DNA of 64,000 nucleotides from an uncultured Spirochaetota bacterium (GCA_963734545.1 CAVTHO010000003.1:128001-192000), one strand, 5' to 3'; counted from the first letter of the stretch, positions 30,361-40,081 are shown. Notes: generated from the sequence alone by a model not told the origin. Made by a program: numbers and translations.

Positions 30361-31805
30361 TGATACTTGCAGTCGACGTGGGGACCTCGGTCCTCAAGGG
30401 GGGGCTGTTCGACAGGCACGGTGAACCCCGGTCCCGCGCCGAATCGCCCCTCGAGCTCCTGGCGCATCCCGATCCGCTGTGGCACGAATCCGACGCGAGG
30501 GAGTGGGTCACCGCGCTCCGTCTGGTCACGCGTCGTCTCCGCCTGTCCCATGCCGGTCCGCTCGATGCCGTCGTGGTGAGCGGCAATGGCCCGACCCTGC
30601 TCCCCGTCGGCGCGGACGGGATGCCGTTGACGCCCGCGATGACGTGGATGGACAGGCGGGGCGTGGCAGAGGCCGGAATCATCTCCGAGAAGAGCGGCCT
30701 GCCGACGGACCCCACCTTCTATCTTCCCAAGGCGTTCTGGCTGTACCGGAATCGACCGGACGTGTACGAGAAGACCCGCTGGTTCTTCTCGTGTCCCGAG
30801 TTCATCGCGTACACGCTCACCGGGGAGGCGGTCACCTTCCTCCCGACTCCGCAGTACACGCGCCTGATCTGGGAGGAGAAGCTGATCCGTGATCTCGGCA
30901 TGGCGCCGGAGAAGTTTCCGCCCTTTATCCGGTCCGGCAAGGTGCTGGGCAGGGTGAGCGCGGCGGGAGAGAAAGCCACGGGAATACCCGCCGGCGTTCC
31001 GGTCGTGGCGGGAGGGCCCGACTTTCTCGTCTCCCTTCTGGGCACGGCCACTGTCCTGCCGGGCCGGGCGTGCATCAGGTCCGGCACGTCGGAGGGCATC
31101 AACCTCTGCTCCCGCATCCCGACCGCGGATCGGCGGCTCCTGTGCTTCAGTCACATTGCGGAGGGTTTCTACAACGTTTCCGGCATGATCTCGACGTCGG
31201 GCAAGGCACTCGAGTGGCTCAAGGACACGATCGGCAGGTCCGCGGACAGCTACGAGAGGGTCTTCGAAGACATCGAGCAGGTGCCGCCCGGGGCCGACAG
31301 CCTCCTGTTTCTCCCCTACCTGGCCGGAGAGAGGGCGCCGCTCTGGGACCCCTGCGCGCGCGGCGCCTTCATCGGGCTCACTCTGAATCATCACGGCCGC
31401 GAGATGACGCGCGCCGTGGTCGAATCAGTGGCGTACGCGATCCGCGACGTGGTCGAGGTCATGGAGGATTGCGGGCAGTCCGTGCAGGACCTGCGCATCA
31501 CGGGCAACCCTTCGCGGAGCCGTCTCTGGAACCAGATCAAGGCGGACGTGACGGGACGGCGCATCCTCGTCCCCGTGCTGCAGGATTCGGATCTCGCCGG
31601 CGACGTGTGCCTCGCGCTGCATGCCCTGGGCGAATACGAATCCGCCGCCGCCGCCTCCGAGGCCATCGTGAAGATGGGAATGGTCTTCGAGCCGAACGCG
31701 GAGAACAAGGGCCTGTACGATGATATGTTCCGCCTCTACCGCGAATCCTACACCGGTCTCCGCGCAGTGTTTCAAAAACTTTCGAGCCTCAGGAGCACAC
31801 CATGA
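30360..31805 (+). CDS. FGGY-family carbohydrate kinase (xylulo/ribulokinase-like)
   Basis: LAVDVGTS, WMDRR, GGPD, SGTS, LPYLAGERAP. Confidence 0.9.
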   Translation: MILAVDVGTSVLKGGLFDRHGEPRSRAESPLELLAHPDPLWHESDAREWVTALRLVTRRLRLSHAGPLDAVVVSGNGPTLLPVGADGMPLTPAMTWMDRRGVAEAGIISEKSGLPTDPTFYLPKAFWLYRNRPDVYEKTRWFFSCPEFIAYTLTGEAVTFLPTPQYTRLIWEEKLIRDLGMAPEKFPPFIRSGKVLGRVSAAGEKATGIPAGVPVVAGGPDFLVSLLGTATVLPGRACIRSGTSEGINLCSRIPTADRRLLCFSHIAEGFYNVSGMISTSGKALEWLKDTIGRSADSYERVFEDIEQVPPGADSLLFLPYLAGERAPLWDPCARGAFIGLTLNHHGREMTRAVVESVAYAIRDVVEVMEDCGQSVQDLRITGNPSRSRLWNQIKADVTGRRILVPVLQDSDLAGDVCLALHALGEYESAAAASEAIVKMGMVFEPNAENKGLYDDMFRLYRESYTGLRAVFQKLSSLRSTP

Positions 31806-32596
31806 CAGTCGGCAAGAGCATCAGAGAGTCGTCCCTCTTCAGGCGCGCCACGGGCAGGACCGTCATCGTGGCCCTCGATCACGGCGGCATCGCGGGCCCC
31901 ATCGCGGGAATCGAGCGGCCCGCCGAGGTCGTCCGGGCCTGCCGCGAGGGAGGCGCGGACGCGATCCTCGCCACGCGCGGCGTGGTGACGGCCTCCCAGG
32001 GTGAATGGGACCGGAGCATGTCCGTCATCCTCCGCCTCACCGGAGGATTCACCGTGCTGGGAGGCAAGTTCGAGGAGGAGCTCATCTCGAGCCCCGAGGC
32101 GGCGCTCTCTCTCGGCGCGGCGGGCGTGGCGGTCACGGTGAAGTTCGGCCACGAGCGGGAAGGGGAGTTCGCGCGGCAGGCTTCCCTCGTGGCGGACAGC
32201 TGCGAGCGATGGGGACTGCCCCTGATGATCGAGGCCATGGCAAAGAGCAAGGACATGAAGGCGAGCGACCCGCGGGGCGTCCTGCTCGCGTCCCGCGCCG
32301 CGCAGGAGATCGGGGCGGACATCGTGAAGACCTGGTACACGGGAGACCCCGAGAGCTTCCGCCGCGTCGTGGAAGGCTGTCCCGTGCCCATCGTGATCCT
32401 CGGGGGGGAAAAGTCGGAAACGCTCGAGGCGGTCTTCAGTGACGTGTACGGCGCCCTGCAGGCCGGCGCAAAGGGGATCGCGATCGGGCGCAACATCTGG
32501 CAGCACGGCAAGACCCGGGAAATGGTGGAGGCCATGGTCGGTCTCGTGCACGAGAGCTGGACGGTGAAGCAGGCGCTGCACCACCTGGGCGGCTGA
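31802..32596 (+). CDS. Class I DhnA/LsrF-family aldolase
   Basis: VALDHG, GADIVKTWYTG (Schiff-base Lys), GRNIWQ. Confidence 0.9.
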   Translation: MTVGKSIRESSLFRRATGRTVIVALDHGGIAGPIAGIERPAEVVRACREGGADAILATRGVVTASQGEWDRSMSVILRLTGGFTVLGGKFEEELISSPEAALSLGAAGVAVTVKFGHEREGEFARQASLVADSCERWGLPLMIEAMAKSKDMKASDPRGVLLASRAAQEIGADIVKTWYTGDPESFRRVVEGCPVPIVILGGEKSETLEAVFSDVYGALQAGAKGIAIGRNIWQHGKTREMVEAMVGLVHESWTVKQALHHLGG

Positions 32597-32597
32597 G

Positions 32598-33740
32598 GTG
32601 CCGGCGCTCGCCTTTGCGACCAACTTCCTGTGGGTCATGGTGATCGGCCTCCTGGGGCCGTCCCTTCCCGCCATGGTCGCGGACCTGGGCATCACGTATG
32701 CGCAGGCCGGGTTCTTCTTCACCCTGCTCTCATTCGGGTCCCTGATCGGCACGAGCCTCGGCGCCATCGGCAGCGACTACGTTCCACGGAAGCTCCTGTT
32801 CGGCCTGTGCATCTTCGTTCTTTCCGTGGGCCTGTTCGTCCTGGGACTGATGCCGAGCTACGTGCTGGTCGCGCTCGTCATCTTCCTCCTGAGCCTGACG
32901 GGGAGCCCGATCGGCGCCATCGGTCAGAGCATCATGCTGGGAATGTTTCCCGGCAAGCGGGAGAAATACCTCTCCTACATGGCGTTTTTCGGCGCGCTCG
33001 GCAACCTCCTTGCTCCGGTGGTCGTGTCTCTGAACTTCACTGCCTCCCTCAGCTGGAGGTGGCCGTTCATCGAGACTGCAGTCCTGGCGTTCATTGTGTT
33101 CATCGCGCTCCTCGCCACACCCATCCCTTCTGCTGCACCGGTGCATCGGCCCGAGAAGCTCGCCACGATCATGAAGAATCGCGGCGTCCTGTCCTCCGCC
33201 GTGCTCATATTCTTTTCCGTGGGCGCGGACCTCGGTTTCTCGTACTGGCTGGCCGAGTACTTCAAGAGCGAGCTGCACGCGAGCCTTCGAATGTCGAGCT
33301 CGGTGGTGGGCGTCTACCTGGTGGGCATCCTCGTGGGCAGGATCCTGGTACCCGTGTTTCTCAAGAGGATCAGCGCGCGCGCCAACCTCATCATGGGGCT
33401 CGGTGTCGCGCTCGTCTCCATTGTTCCCTTCATCATCGTCCCGTCGGTTCCGCTCAAGATCGCGCTCTGCGCGGTGTACGGCTTCGGGATAGGGCCGGTT
33501 TTTCCCCTGCTGGTGGCACGGGGATCGCGCGAGTTTCCTTCCCAATCAGGAGCGGTCACCGGTGTCCTCTTTGGGTGCCTGTCCCTGGGCGGCATGATCT
33601 TTCCTCTGCTGGTGGGGGCGATTGCAGGTTCCGCCGGGATTGCACGATCCTATTTCTTCTGCGCGGTGATCGCCTGCGGCCTTCTCGTGGCGGTGATCGC
33701 GGGCCCTACAGAACGACCCGCGAGTCGCCGTCCCGCTTGA
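32598..33740 (+). CDS. MFS transporter
   Basis: About 12 hydrophobic segments, GPSLP, WRWPF. Confidence 0.85.
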   Translation: MPALAFATNFLWVMVIGLLGPSLPAMVADLGITYAQAGFFFTLLSFGSLIGTSLGAIGSDYVPRKLLFGLCIFVLSVGLFVLGLMPSYVLVALVIFLLSLTGSPIGAIGQSIMLGMFPGKREKYLSYMAFFGALGNLLAPVVVSLNFTASLSWRWPFIETAVLAFIVFIALLATPIPSAAPVHRPEKLATIMKNRGVLSSAVLIFFSVGADLGFSYWLAEYFKSELHASLRMSSSVVGVYLVGILVGRILVPVFLKRISARANLIMGLGVALVSIVPFIIVPSVPLKIALCAVYGFGIGPVFPLLVARGSREFPSQSGAVTGVLFGCLSLGGMIFPLLVGAIAGSAGIARSYFFCAVIACGLLVAVIAGPTERPASRRPA

Positions 33741-35481
33741 GAAGACCGTCCTTTTCCATGCGATTCAGCAGGGGGATGACGTATTTCCTGGAGAGGCCCG
33801 TCCTCTCCTTGGCCTCGGGAATCGAGAACCGCTCGGCCTTTTTCCTGCCGGCCAGCACCCGCGCCGCGAGCTCGTCGAACACGGTCCGCGCGTAGCAGAT
33901 GCCCCCTTCCAGGGGCACGACAAGGGAGAGCCGGATCAGGGTTTTCAGCTCCTTCTGTGCGCCCTCGATTCCCGTATGGGTCGATTCGAACCCTGCTTTT
34001 CCCGCGCGCTCGATTTCGGAGAGGAGCCGCCGCCCCCGCGCGGAAAGCCCGCTCTTGTCCGGCTCGGCCCGCGCGAAGTACAGGTCGCGGGCAGGCGTCA
34101 AGACCCCCTTTGCCACGAGTGAGGCAAGCACGCTCTTCAGGGCGTCCCCGTCGATGCGCAGCTTGCTCTCCAGCTCGCGGGATGACACGCCGGCAGGCAG
34201 GGCGGCGACGGCGAGTATGTCCGCGGTGAGCTTCTCCAGCCACGGCGGGTGGAAGAGCCACTCGTCGATCACGACAGGGCTCCCGGCGTCGTCGAGGGAC
34301 AGGTCCTTCGGCTTCCGCGCGAGGCCGTGGAAGCGGAGCTCGAGCAGAAAGCGGTCCGGGTCACGCGGCCTTTCCGGCATCGCGGCGAGCAGCCCGGCGA
34401 GCCGTCCGCGCTCTTCTTTCTTCACCTCGCCGAACCAGAGTATGCGGCCGCTGCCCAGGATCTCGCTGCCCCCGTGGCGGATGACGAGAAATGGCTGACC
34501 CCAGAGCGCCGGCAGCGGCTCCCGAAGCTGGATCCGCGCGACCCGGCGGTCTCCCATGTAATGAAGCTGCGCCATCACGTGTCCGGTGCCCAGCGCCACT
34601 TCCACCTCGGAATGGTTTCTCATCTCCGACAGCCCCTGGAGCCCCTCGACGGGCCGCACGCGTGCCATGAGCTCCGTTTCGGAAGAGAACGGCGCGCGCG
34701 GGGAGGTGATGCAGTTGCCGCGCCTGATCTCGCCGCGGGTTTTCTGGAGGTTGAGCGCGAGCCGCGACGTCGGTCTTGCTTCGCTCACCGAGGCGTTGTA
34801 GCTCTGCATGCCGCGGACCCTCACGGTTTCCCGCTGCGGCAGGAGCACCAGCTCGTCCCTTTCCGTGCACGGCGCGCCCTTGAGGCTGCCGGTCACCACG
34901 AGCCCCGATCCCTTGATCGTGAACACCCGATCCACGTAGAGAAAGGGAAAGCCGGGCGCGTCGCCGCGCATCGGGAGAGCGGAGACAGTCCTTGTGATGA
35001 GGTCTTTCAGCGCACCCACGTTCCTGCCCGTGAGCGCGGAGACCGCGATGCAGGGAGGCTCCGCGCCGAAGATCTTCGCGCAGCGCGCCCGCGCATCTCT
35101 TCCAATCTCTTCCACGCGGTTTTCCGCGGCCGCGTCCGTCTTGGTCACGACGACGATGACGGAGCCCACGTCGAGGGACGCGAGGACCACGGCGTGGTCC
35201 TGGGTCTGCTGCATCCACCCGTCGTCCGCCGCCACGAGAAGCAGGGCGCAGTCCAGGCTCCAGGCGCCCGCCACCATGTTGCGGATGAACCTTTCGTGCC
35301 CCGGCACGTCGATGACGCCGATGGGCTCGCCGTTCTCCCCCGCAAACCATGCGAACCCGAGGTCGATCGTCATGCCGCGGGCTTTCTCTTCGGGCAGCCG
35401 GTCCGGGTTGATTCCCGTCAGCGCCTCGATGAGCGTGGTCTTTCCGTGATCGACGTGTCCCGCGGTCCCGATGACGTGCAA
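33706..35481 (-). CDS. selB: Selenocysteine-specific elongation factor
   Basis: TTG start; HVIGTAGHVDHGKT, RGMTIDLGF, DVPGHERF, C-terminal SRKYVIPLL winged helix. Confidence 0.93.
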   Translation of the reverse strand: MHVIGTAGHVDHGKTTLIEALTGINPDRLPEEKARGMTIDLGFAWFAGENGEPIGVIDVPGHERFIRNMVAGAWSLDCALLLVAADDGWMQQTQDHAVVLASLDVGSVIVVVTKTDAAAENRVEEIGRDARARCAKIFGAEPPCIAVSALTGRNVGALKDLITRTVSALPMRGDAPGFPFLYVDRVFTIKGSGLVVTGSLKGAPCTERDELVLLPQRETVRVRGMQSYNASVSEARPTSRLALNLQKTRGEIRRGNCITSPRAPFSSETELMARVRPVEGLQGLSEMRNHSEVEVALGTGHVMAQLHYMGDRRVARIQLREPLPALWGQPFLVIRHGGSEILGSGRILWFGEVKKEERGRLAGLLAAMPERPRDPDRFLLELRFHGLARKPKDLSLDDAGSPVVIDEWLFHPPWLEKLTADILAVAALPAGVSSRELESKLRIDGDALKSVLASLVAKGVLTPARDLYFARAEPDKSGLSARGRRLLSEIERAGKAGFESTHTGIEGAQKELKTLIRLSLVVPLEGGICYARTVFDELAARVLAGRKKAERFSIPEAKERTGLSRKYVIPLLNRMEKDGLLKRDGDSRVVL

Positions 35482-35486
35482 GGCGC

Positions 35487-36834
35487 TCACACCCCGAGGG
35501 CGGTCCGAATGGCGGAGGCGATATCGTGTTCGCTTTCGCCGTGCATCGTGGCGAGCGAGAGTCGTCACCCGGCCGTCCTCGATTATGCCGATGATCGGTG
35601 TCTCCCGGCTGCGGAGGGACCGAAGGAGGTCTTCCGGCTTCTGTTCCGAGGCGAGCTCGATGGAGAGCGATGGAAAAAACTCGTCCGGGGCGCTTCCCCC
35701 GCCCGTGGAGATTTTCGAGCTGACGAGAGACGCACTGCCGCGCGGGATATCGCGGAGGATTCTTTCCCCCATTGCGCGCAGCTCCTCGGGCGGCAGGGCG
35801 AGAGTGCGTTCCGCCTGCCCGATTTCCGTGCCATTGAGCCGCGCCACGAGATGGTGCTCGAGGAGGGAGTAGATGGTCTTGCCCGGTCGAACGGCGCGCA
35901 GCAGGGGATGCGCCGCGAGGCGGCGCACGAGATCCCTTTTTCCCGCGACGATTCCCGCCTGGGGGCCTCCCAGCACCTTGTCTCCCGAGAAGCACACCAG
36001 GTGGGCCCCCTTTTCCAGCAGGGACCGCACGCGTGTCTCCCCGGCGATATTCTCCGAGACGGTGCCCGACCCCTGGTCCACGGCGAGCACGACGTCCGGT
36101 GGGAGACTCTTCGCAAGCTCCGCAATATCCGGTTTTTCAGTGAATCCCCTGACCCGGAAGTTGGAGGTGTGCACCAGAAGCACCATCCCGGTATTCTCCG
36201 TGACCGCGTCCCGGTAGTCCGCCAGCGTCGTGATGTTCGTCGTGCCCACCTCGACCAGTCGCGCTCCCGAGAGGGCGAGTATCTCGGGGATCCGGAACCC
36301 CCCGCCGATCTGCACCTGCTCTCCCCGGGATACAATGACATCCCTTCCCCGTGCCAGCGCGGCGAGCGTGAGGAGCACCGCCGCGGCGTTGTTGTTCACC
36401 ACCAGCGCGTCCTCACAACCCGTCAGGAGGCCCAGCAGCTCGGGACAGATCCCGTTCCTGCTGCCCCGCCTGCCCGTGTCCAGGTCGAGCTCCACGTTGG
36501 AATACCCGGTGTTCGCGTCCGCCGCATTGTCCCAGACGGACCGGGAAAGCGGTGAGCGGCCCATGTTGGTGTGCAGGATGATGCCCGTCGCGTTGATCAC
36601 CTTCCTGATCCGCTTCGAGGCATGCCGCTGGCATTCCTGCTCGATCCGGCTCACGAGGGCGCTCTCTTCGAATACCGTTCCCTGCTCGCGTATCTCATTG
36701 CGCGCCTCTGCGAGGACATCCGAAACGATCCGCGCCACCAGCGGCCTGCTGAGAGCCGGGCACTGCGCCGCGATTATGGGATGCTCGAGCAGCTTCTCTA
36801 CCTGGGGGATGCTCCTGTAGCTTTTTTCGGGCAT
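35487..36834 (-). CDS. selA: L-seryl-tRNA(Sec) selenium transferase (frameshift near 35565)
   Basis: VINATGIILHTNMGR, VNNNAAA, EVGTTN, FSGDKVLGGPQAG. Confidence 0.93.
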
Positions 36835-36842
36835 TGCTGTCG

Positions 36843-36931
36843 CGGAAGAGGCAGGAATCGAACCTGCCGCTGCAATATCTGCAGCCAACGGTTTTGAAGA
36901 CCGTGGAGACCACCAGATCCCATCAGCTTCC
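36843..36931 (-). tRNA. selC: tRNA-Sec (anticodon UCA)
   Basis: GGAAGCTG...ACGGT-CTTCAAA-ACCGT, long variable arm GCTGCA..TGCAGC, GCAGG-TTCGATT-CCTGC; located between selD and selA. Confidence 0.93.
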
Positions 36932-36936
36932 GGCCC

Positions 36937-36965
36937 ATGATAGGAGCCGCTGACGGGTTAGTCAA
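36937..36965 (-). promoter_or_regulatory. sigma70 promoter for selC-selA-selB
   Basis: TTGACT, 17 nt, TATCAT ending 5 nt upstream of the tRNA 5' end. Confidence 0.65.
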
Positions 36966-36982
36966 TGCGGACGCCTTCGGCG

Positions 36983-38038
36983 TCAATCCACATGGATTGT
37001 ACCCGCGGGCACCGACGGGTCCGCTTCTCCAATGATCACGGCATCGATGCCCGCGCTTTTCAGCTCAGCGACACACTGCTCTGTCTCCCTTTCCGGAACA
37101 GCGGCGAGAAGACCGCCGGAGGTTTCCGGGCTGAAGAGCATCCTGCGCGTGAGCTCCGGGATATCCGAGCCGAATCGGACAGAAGGCTCGAAAGCGGCAC
37201 GGTTGTTCTTCGTGCCCCCGGGGAAGGCGCCGGCTTCTCCCGTGGCCATCGCTCCGTCGATGAAATGCATGCGCGAGGCATGGAAGCGCAGGCCGATCGA
37301 GCTCTTGCGGGCCAGGTCCAGACCGTGGCCAAGAATCGAGAATCCCGTCACGTCCGTGCACGCGGAAACGCCGCGCGCGGCGAGGGTCCGAGACGCGTCC
37401 CGGTTGAGGACCTTCATCGAAGCCACGGCGCGTGCGAGCACGGCCGCGGGCGCGATGCCCCGTTTGAGCGCCGTTGTGATGACCCCCACGCCCAGGGGCT
37501 TGGTGAGCACCAGCGAATCCCCGGCCCGGACGCCGGTCTTGACGAACATGCGGCGCGGATCGACGAACCCGATGACGGCAAGACCGTAGGTGGGCTCCTG
37601 CGAGCTGATCGTGTGGCCGCCCACGACCACGCAGCCCGCCTCCTTCGCTTTCTCCCCTCCGCCGCGCATGATCTCGGAGATCACGTCGGCGGGCAGGGTC
37701 GAGGGGAAGCCTGCGATGTTCAGCGCCAGTGCAGGCTCGCCGCCCATGGCATAGACGTCGCTCAGGGCGTTCGCCGCGGCAACCGCGCCGAAGTCGTAGG
37801 GATCGTCCACCACCGGCGTAAAAAAGTCCGCGGTGAAGACGAGCGCCCGTGAGTCATCAAGACTGTACACCGCCGCATCGTCCCCGGCCTCGAGCCCTAC
37901 GAGGAGCTCGGGCCGGCTCCCTGCGGGGAAGAGATCCGCGAGAGGGCGCAGAACCTGCGCCAGGGCTTCGGGGCCCATTTTCGCGGCTCAACCACCGGCG
38001 GAGCAAAGGGACGTGAGCCGTATCGGGTCTCGCGCCAT
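36983..38038 (-). CDS. selD: Selenophosphate synthetase, Sec at UGA 37988-37990
   Basis: MARDPIRLTSLCSAGG-U-AAKMGP; DDAAV, DFFTP, NALSDVYAMG, TDVTGF, PETSGGLL; hairpin GGGC-CCCGAA-GCCC (37963-37976) as candidate SECIS. Confidence 0.93.
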
Positions 38039-38110
38039 GCAGACACCATACTCCAACCGCGGCGCGCGTTCAATTGACGGGCTCCGGGCGGTCGTGATAC
38101 GAATTGCGGC

Positions 38111-39169
38111 ATGCAGGAGTTCCTCATCTGCGGCATCCAGCAGGTCGGAGTCGGCGTGCAGGATTTTGCGCGGGAAGTGGGCTGGTGCGGCCGGGTGCTG
38201 GGCATCGATGTGCGGATATTCGAAGAGCAGGGCGAGGCCGCGTTGATGCTTCCCTACACCGGAGGAGTTCCCCAGGAAAGACGGGCGCTGCTTGCGGTCA
38301 ATATCCAGGGAGGAGCAGGCCTGGAAATCTGGCAATACACGAAACGGACGCCCCGGCCGCCGGGCTTCACCGTTCAGCCGGGTGACATCGGAATCTGCTG
38401 CACCCGGATCAAGGCGCGGGACCCCCGGAATGCACGGACGCGCATGCAGATCGCCGGCGTGCCGGACCTGGGACCGGCCCGGACAGACCCTGCCGGCGAT
38501 CCGACTTTCTACCTGCGTGATCCCCAGGGTCTGGTTTTCCAGGTTGTGCGGGGACGGGACTGGCTGACTGCCGGACATTCACCGACGGGCGGCGTCAGCG
38601 GCTGCATGATCGGAGTCACCCGAATGGAGCGGGCGCTTCCCTTCTACCAGGGGATACTCGGTTACGATCGCGTCATCTACGACAGGGAAGGAAGGTTCGA
38701 GGACCTCGAGGACCTGGCCGGCGGCACCTCCCGGATGCGGCGCGTGCTTCTGGAGCACAGCGCGCCGCCGCGCGGCGCCTTCAGCCCGCTGCTCGGCTCC
38801 AGCCGCCTGGAGCTCGTGCAGGTCCTCGACCGCGCGCCGCGCCGGATCTTCGCGGATCGGTTCTGGGGGGACCCCGGATTCATCCATCTCTGCTTCGACG
38901 TGCGGGGAATGGACGCGTTGAAGAATCGCTGCGAATCCGCCGGCTTCCCCTTCACGGTGGACAGCGGCGGTTCCTTCTCCATGGACGGCGCGGCGGGCCG
39001 GTTCGCCTACGTGGAGGACCCGGACGGCACGCTGATCGAGTTCGTGGAGACCTACCGGGTCGACATCGTGAAAAAGTGGGGACTGCACATCGACCTTCGC
39101 CGCAGGAGGCCCGAGAAGCCGCTTTCCCGCCTGCTGCTGCGCGCATTGGGGCTGAACAGGATCAGGTGA
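38111..39169 (+). CDS. VOC/glyoxalase-family protein (duplicated domain)
   Basis: GIQQVGVGV, DPQG..FQ, HLCFDV, EDPDGTLIEFVE. Confidence 0.8.
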   Translation: MQEFLICGIQQVGVGVQDFAREVGWCGRVLGIDVRIFEEQGEAALMLPYTGGVPQERRALLAVNIQGGAGLEIWQYTKRTPRPPGFTVQPGDIGICCTRIKARDPRNARTRMQIAGVPDLGPARTDPAGDPTFYLRDPQGLVFQVVRGRDWLTAGHSPTGGVSGCMIGVTRMERALPFYQGILGYDRVIYDREGRFEDLEDLAGGTSRMRRVLLEHSAPPRGAFSPLLGSSRLELVQVLDRAPRRIFADRFWGDPGFIHLCFDVRGMDALKNRCESAGFPFTVDSGGSFSMDGAAGRFAYVEDPDGTLIEFVETYRVDIVKKWGLHIDLRRRRPEKPLSRLLLRALGLNRIR

Positions 39170-39180
39170 GGGGCGCCGGT

Positions 39181-40062
39181 ATGAAAATTCATCTGGTGGA
39201 TGGAACATACGAGCTGTTTCGGAGCTACTTCGGGGCTCCTCCCAGAAAGGCTCCTGACGGACGTGAGGTCGGTGCAACCGTCGGCCTCCTGAGGAGCCTT
39301 CTCTCACTGGTCTCGACGCCGGGTGTGACCCATGTCGCGTGCGCCTTCGACCACGTCATCGAATCCTTCCGCAATCGGCTTTACCCCGGCTACAAGACAG
39401 GCGAGGGCGTCGAGCCTGCTCTTCTGGCCCAATTCCCGCTCGCTGAAAGCGCCATTGCCGCGCTGGGGATCGTGGTCTGGCCCATGGTGGAGTTCGAGGC
39501 GGATGATGCGCTGGCTGCCGGCGCGTCGCGTTTCAAGGACCAGCCCGGCGTCGAGCAGATAGTGATTTGTTCCCCGGACAAGGACCTGGCCCAGTCTGTT
39601 TCCGGAGTGAAAGTGGTGTGCTGGGACCGGCGCCGCGACATCGTGCTGGACGAGCAGGGAGTCATCGCGAAGTTCGGCGTCCGACCGCACTCCATCCCCG
39701 ATTGGCTCGCATTGGTGGGGGACGCTGCCGACGGATATCCCGGCATTCCGCTGTGGGGAGGCAAGTCCGCATCCGCCGTGCTGTCTCGATTCGATCATCT
39801 CGAGTCGATCCCGGAAGACCCCGCCGGGCTCGGAGTTCCGCCGGCGCGCGCCGTGAAGCTCCTGGAGAGCCTTCACGCCCACCACGATGAGGCCCTGCTC
39901 TACCGGCGCCTGGCGACTCTCCGCACGGACGTCCCGCTCGCACAGACGCTCGAGGACCTGGAGTGGCAGGGTGCCGCTCCCGGGCTGAAGGAGGTCTGTC
40001 ACGCACTGGGGGATGAAGCGACACTTACCCGCATTTCGAGATGGCGCGGCTCGCGTGCCTGA
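39181..40062 (+). CDS. 5'-3' exonuclease / flap endonuclease
   Basis: HLVDGTYELFR, EADD, SPDKDL, LVGDAADGYPG. Confidence 0.9.
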   Translation: MKIHLVDGTYELFRSYFGAPPRKAPDGREVGATVGLLRSLLSLVSTPGVTHVACAFDHVIESFRNRLYPGYKTGEGVEPALLAQFPLAESAIAALGIVVWPMVEFEADDALAAGASRFKDQPGVEQIVICSPDKDLAQSVSGVKVVCWDRRRDIVLDEQGVIAKFGVRPHSIPDWLALVGDAADGYPGIPLWGGKSASAVLSRFDHLESIPEDPAGLGVPPARAVKLLESLHAHHDEALLYRRLATLRTDVPLAQTLEDLEWQGAAPGLKEVCHALGDEATLTRISRWRGSRA

Positions 40063-40081
40063 CCCGGATGCAGCCGCGGGC

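Noticed and set aside
25795-31805. ATPase-permease (865 aa) and dehydrogenase-kinase (823 aa) fusions
   Set aside because: Both have nonsense linkers with the real C-termini in another frame and normal stop/start overlaps
33706-36888. 1060-aa SelA-SelB fusion
   Set aside because: Frameshift near 35565; SelA ends TGA at 35487-35489 and SelB starts TTG at 35481; the ORF 5' end overlaps tRNA-Sec
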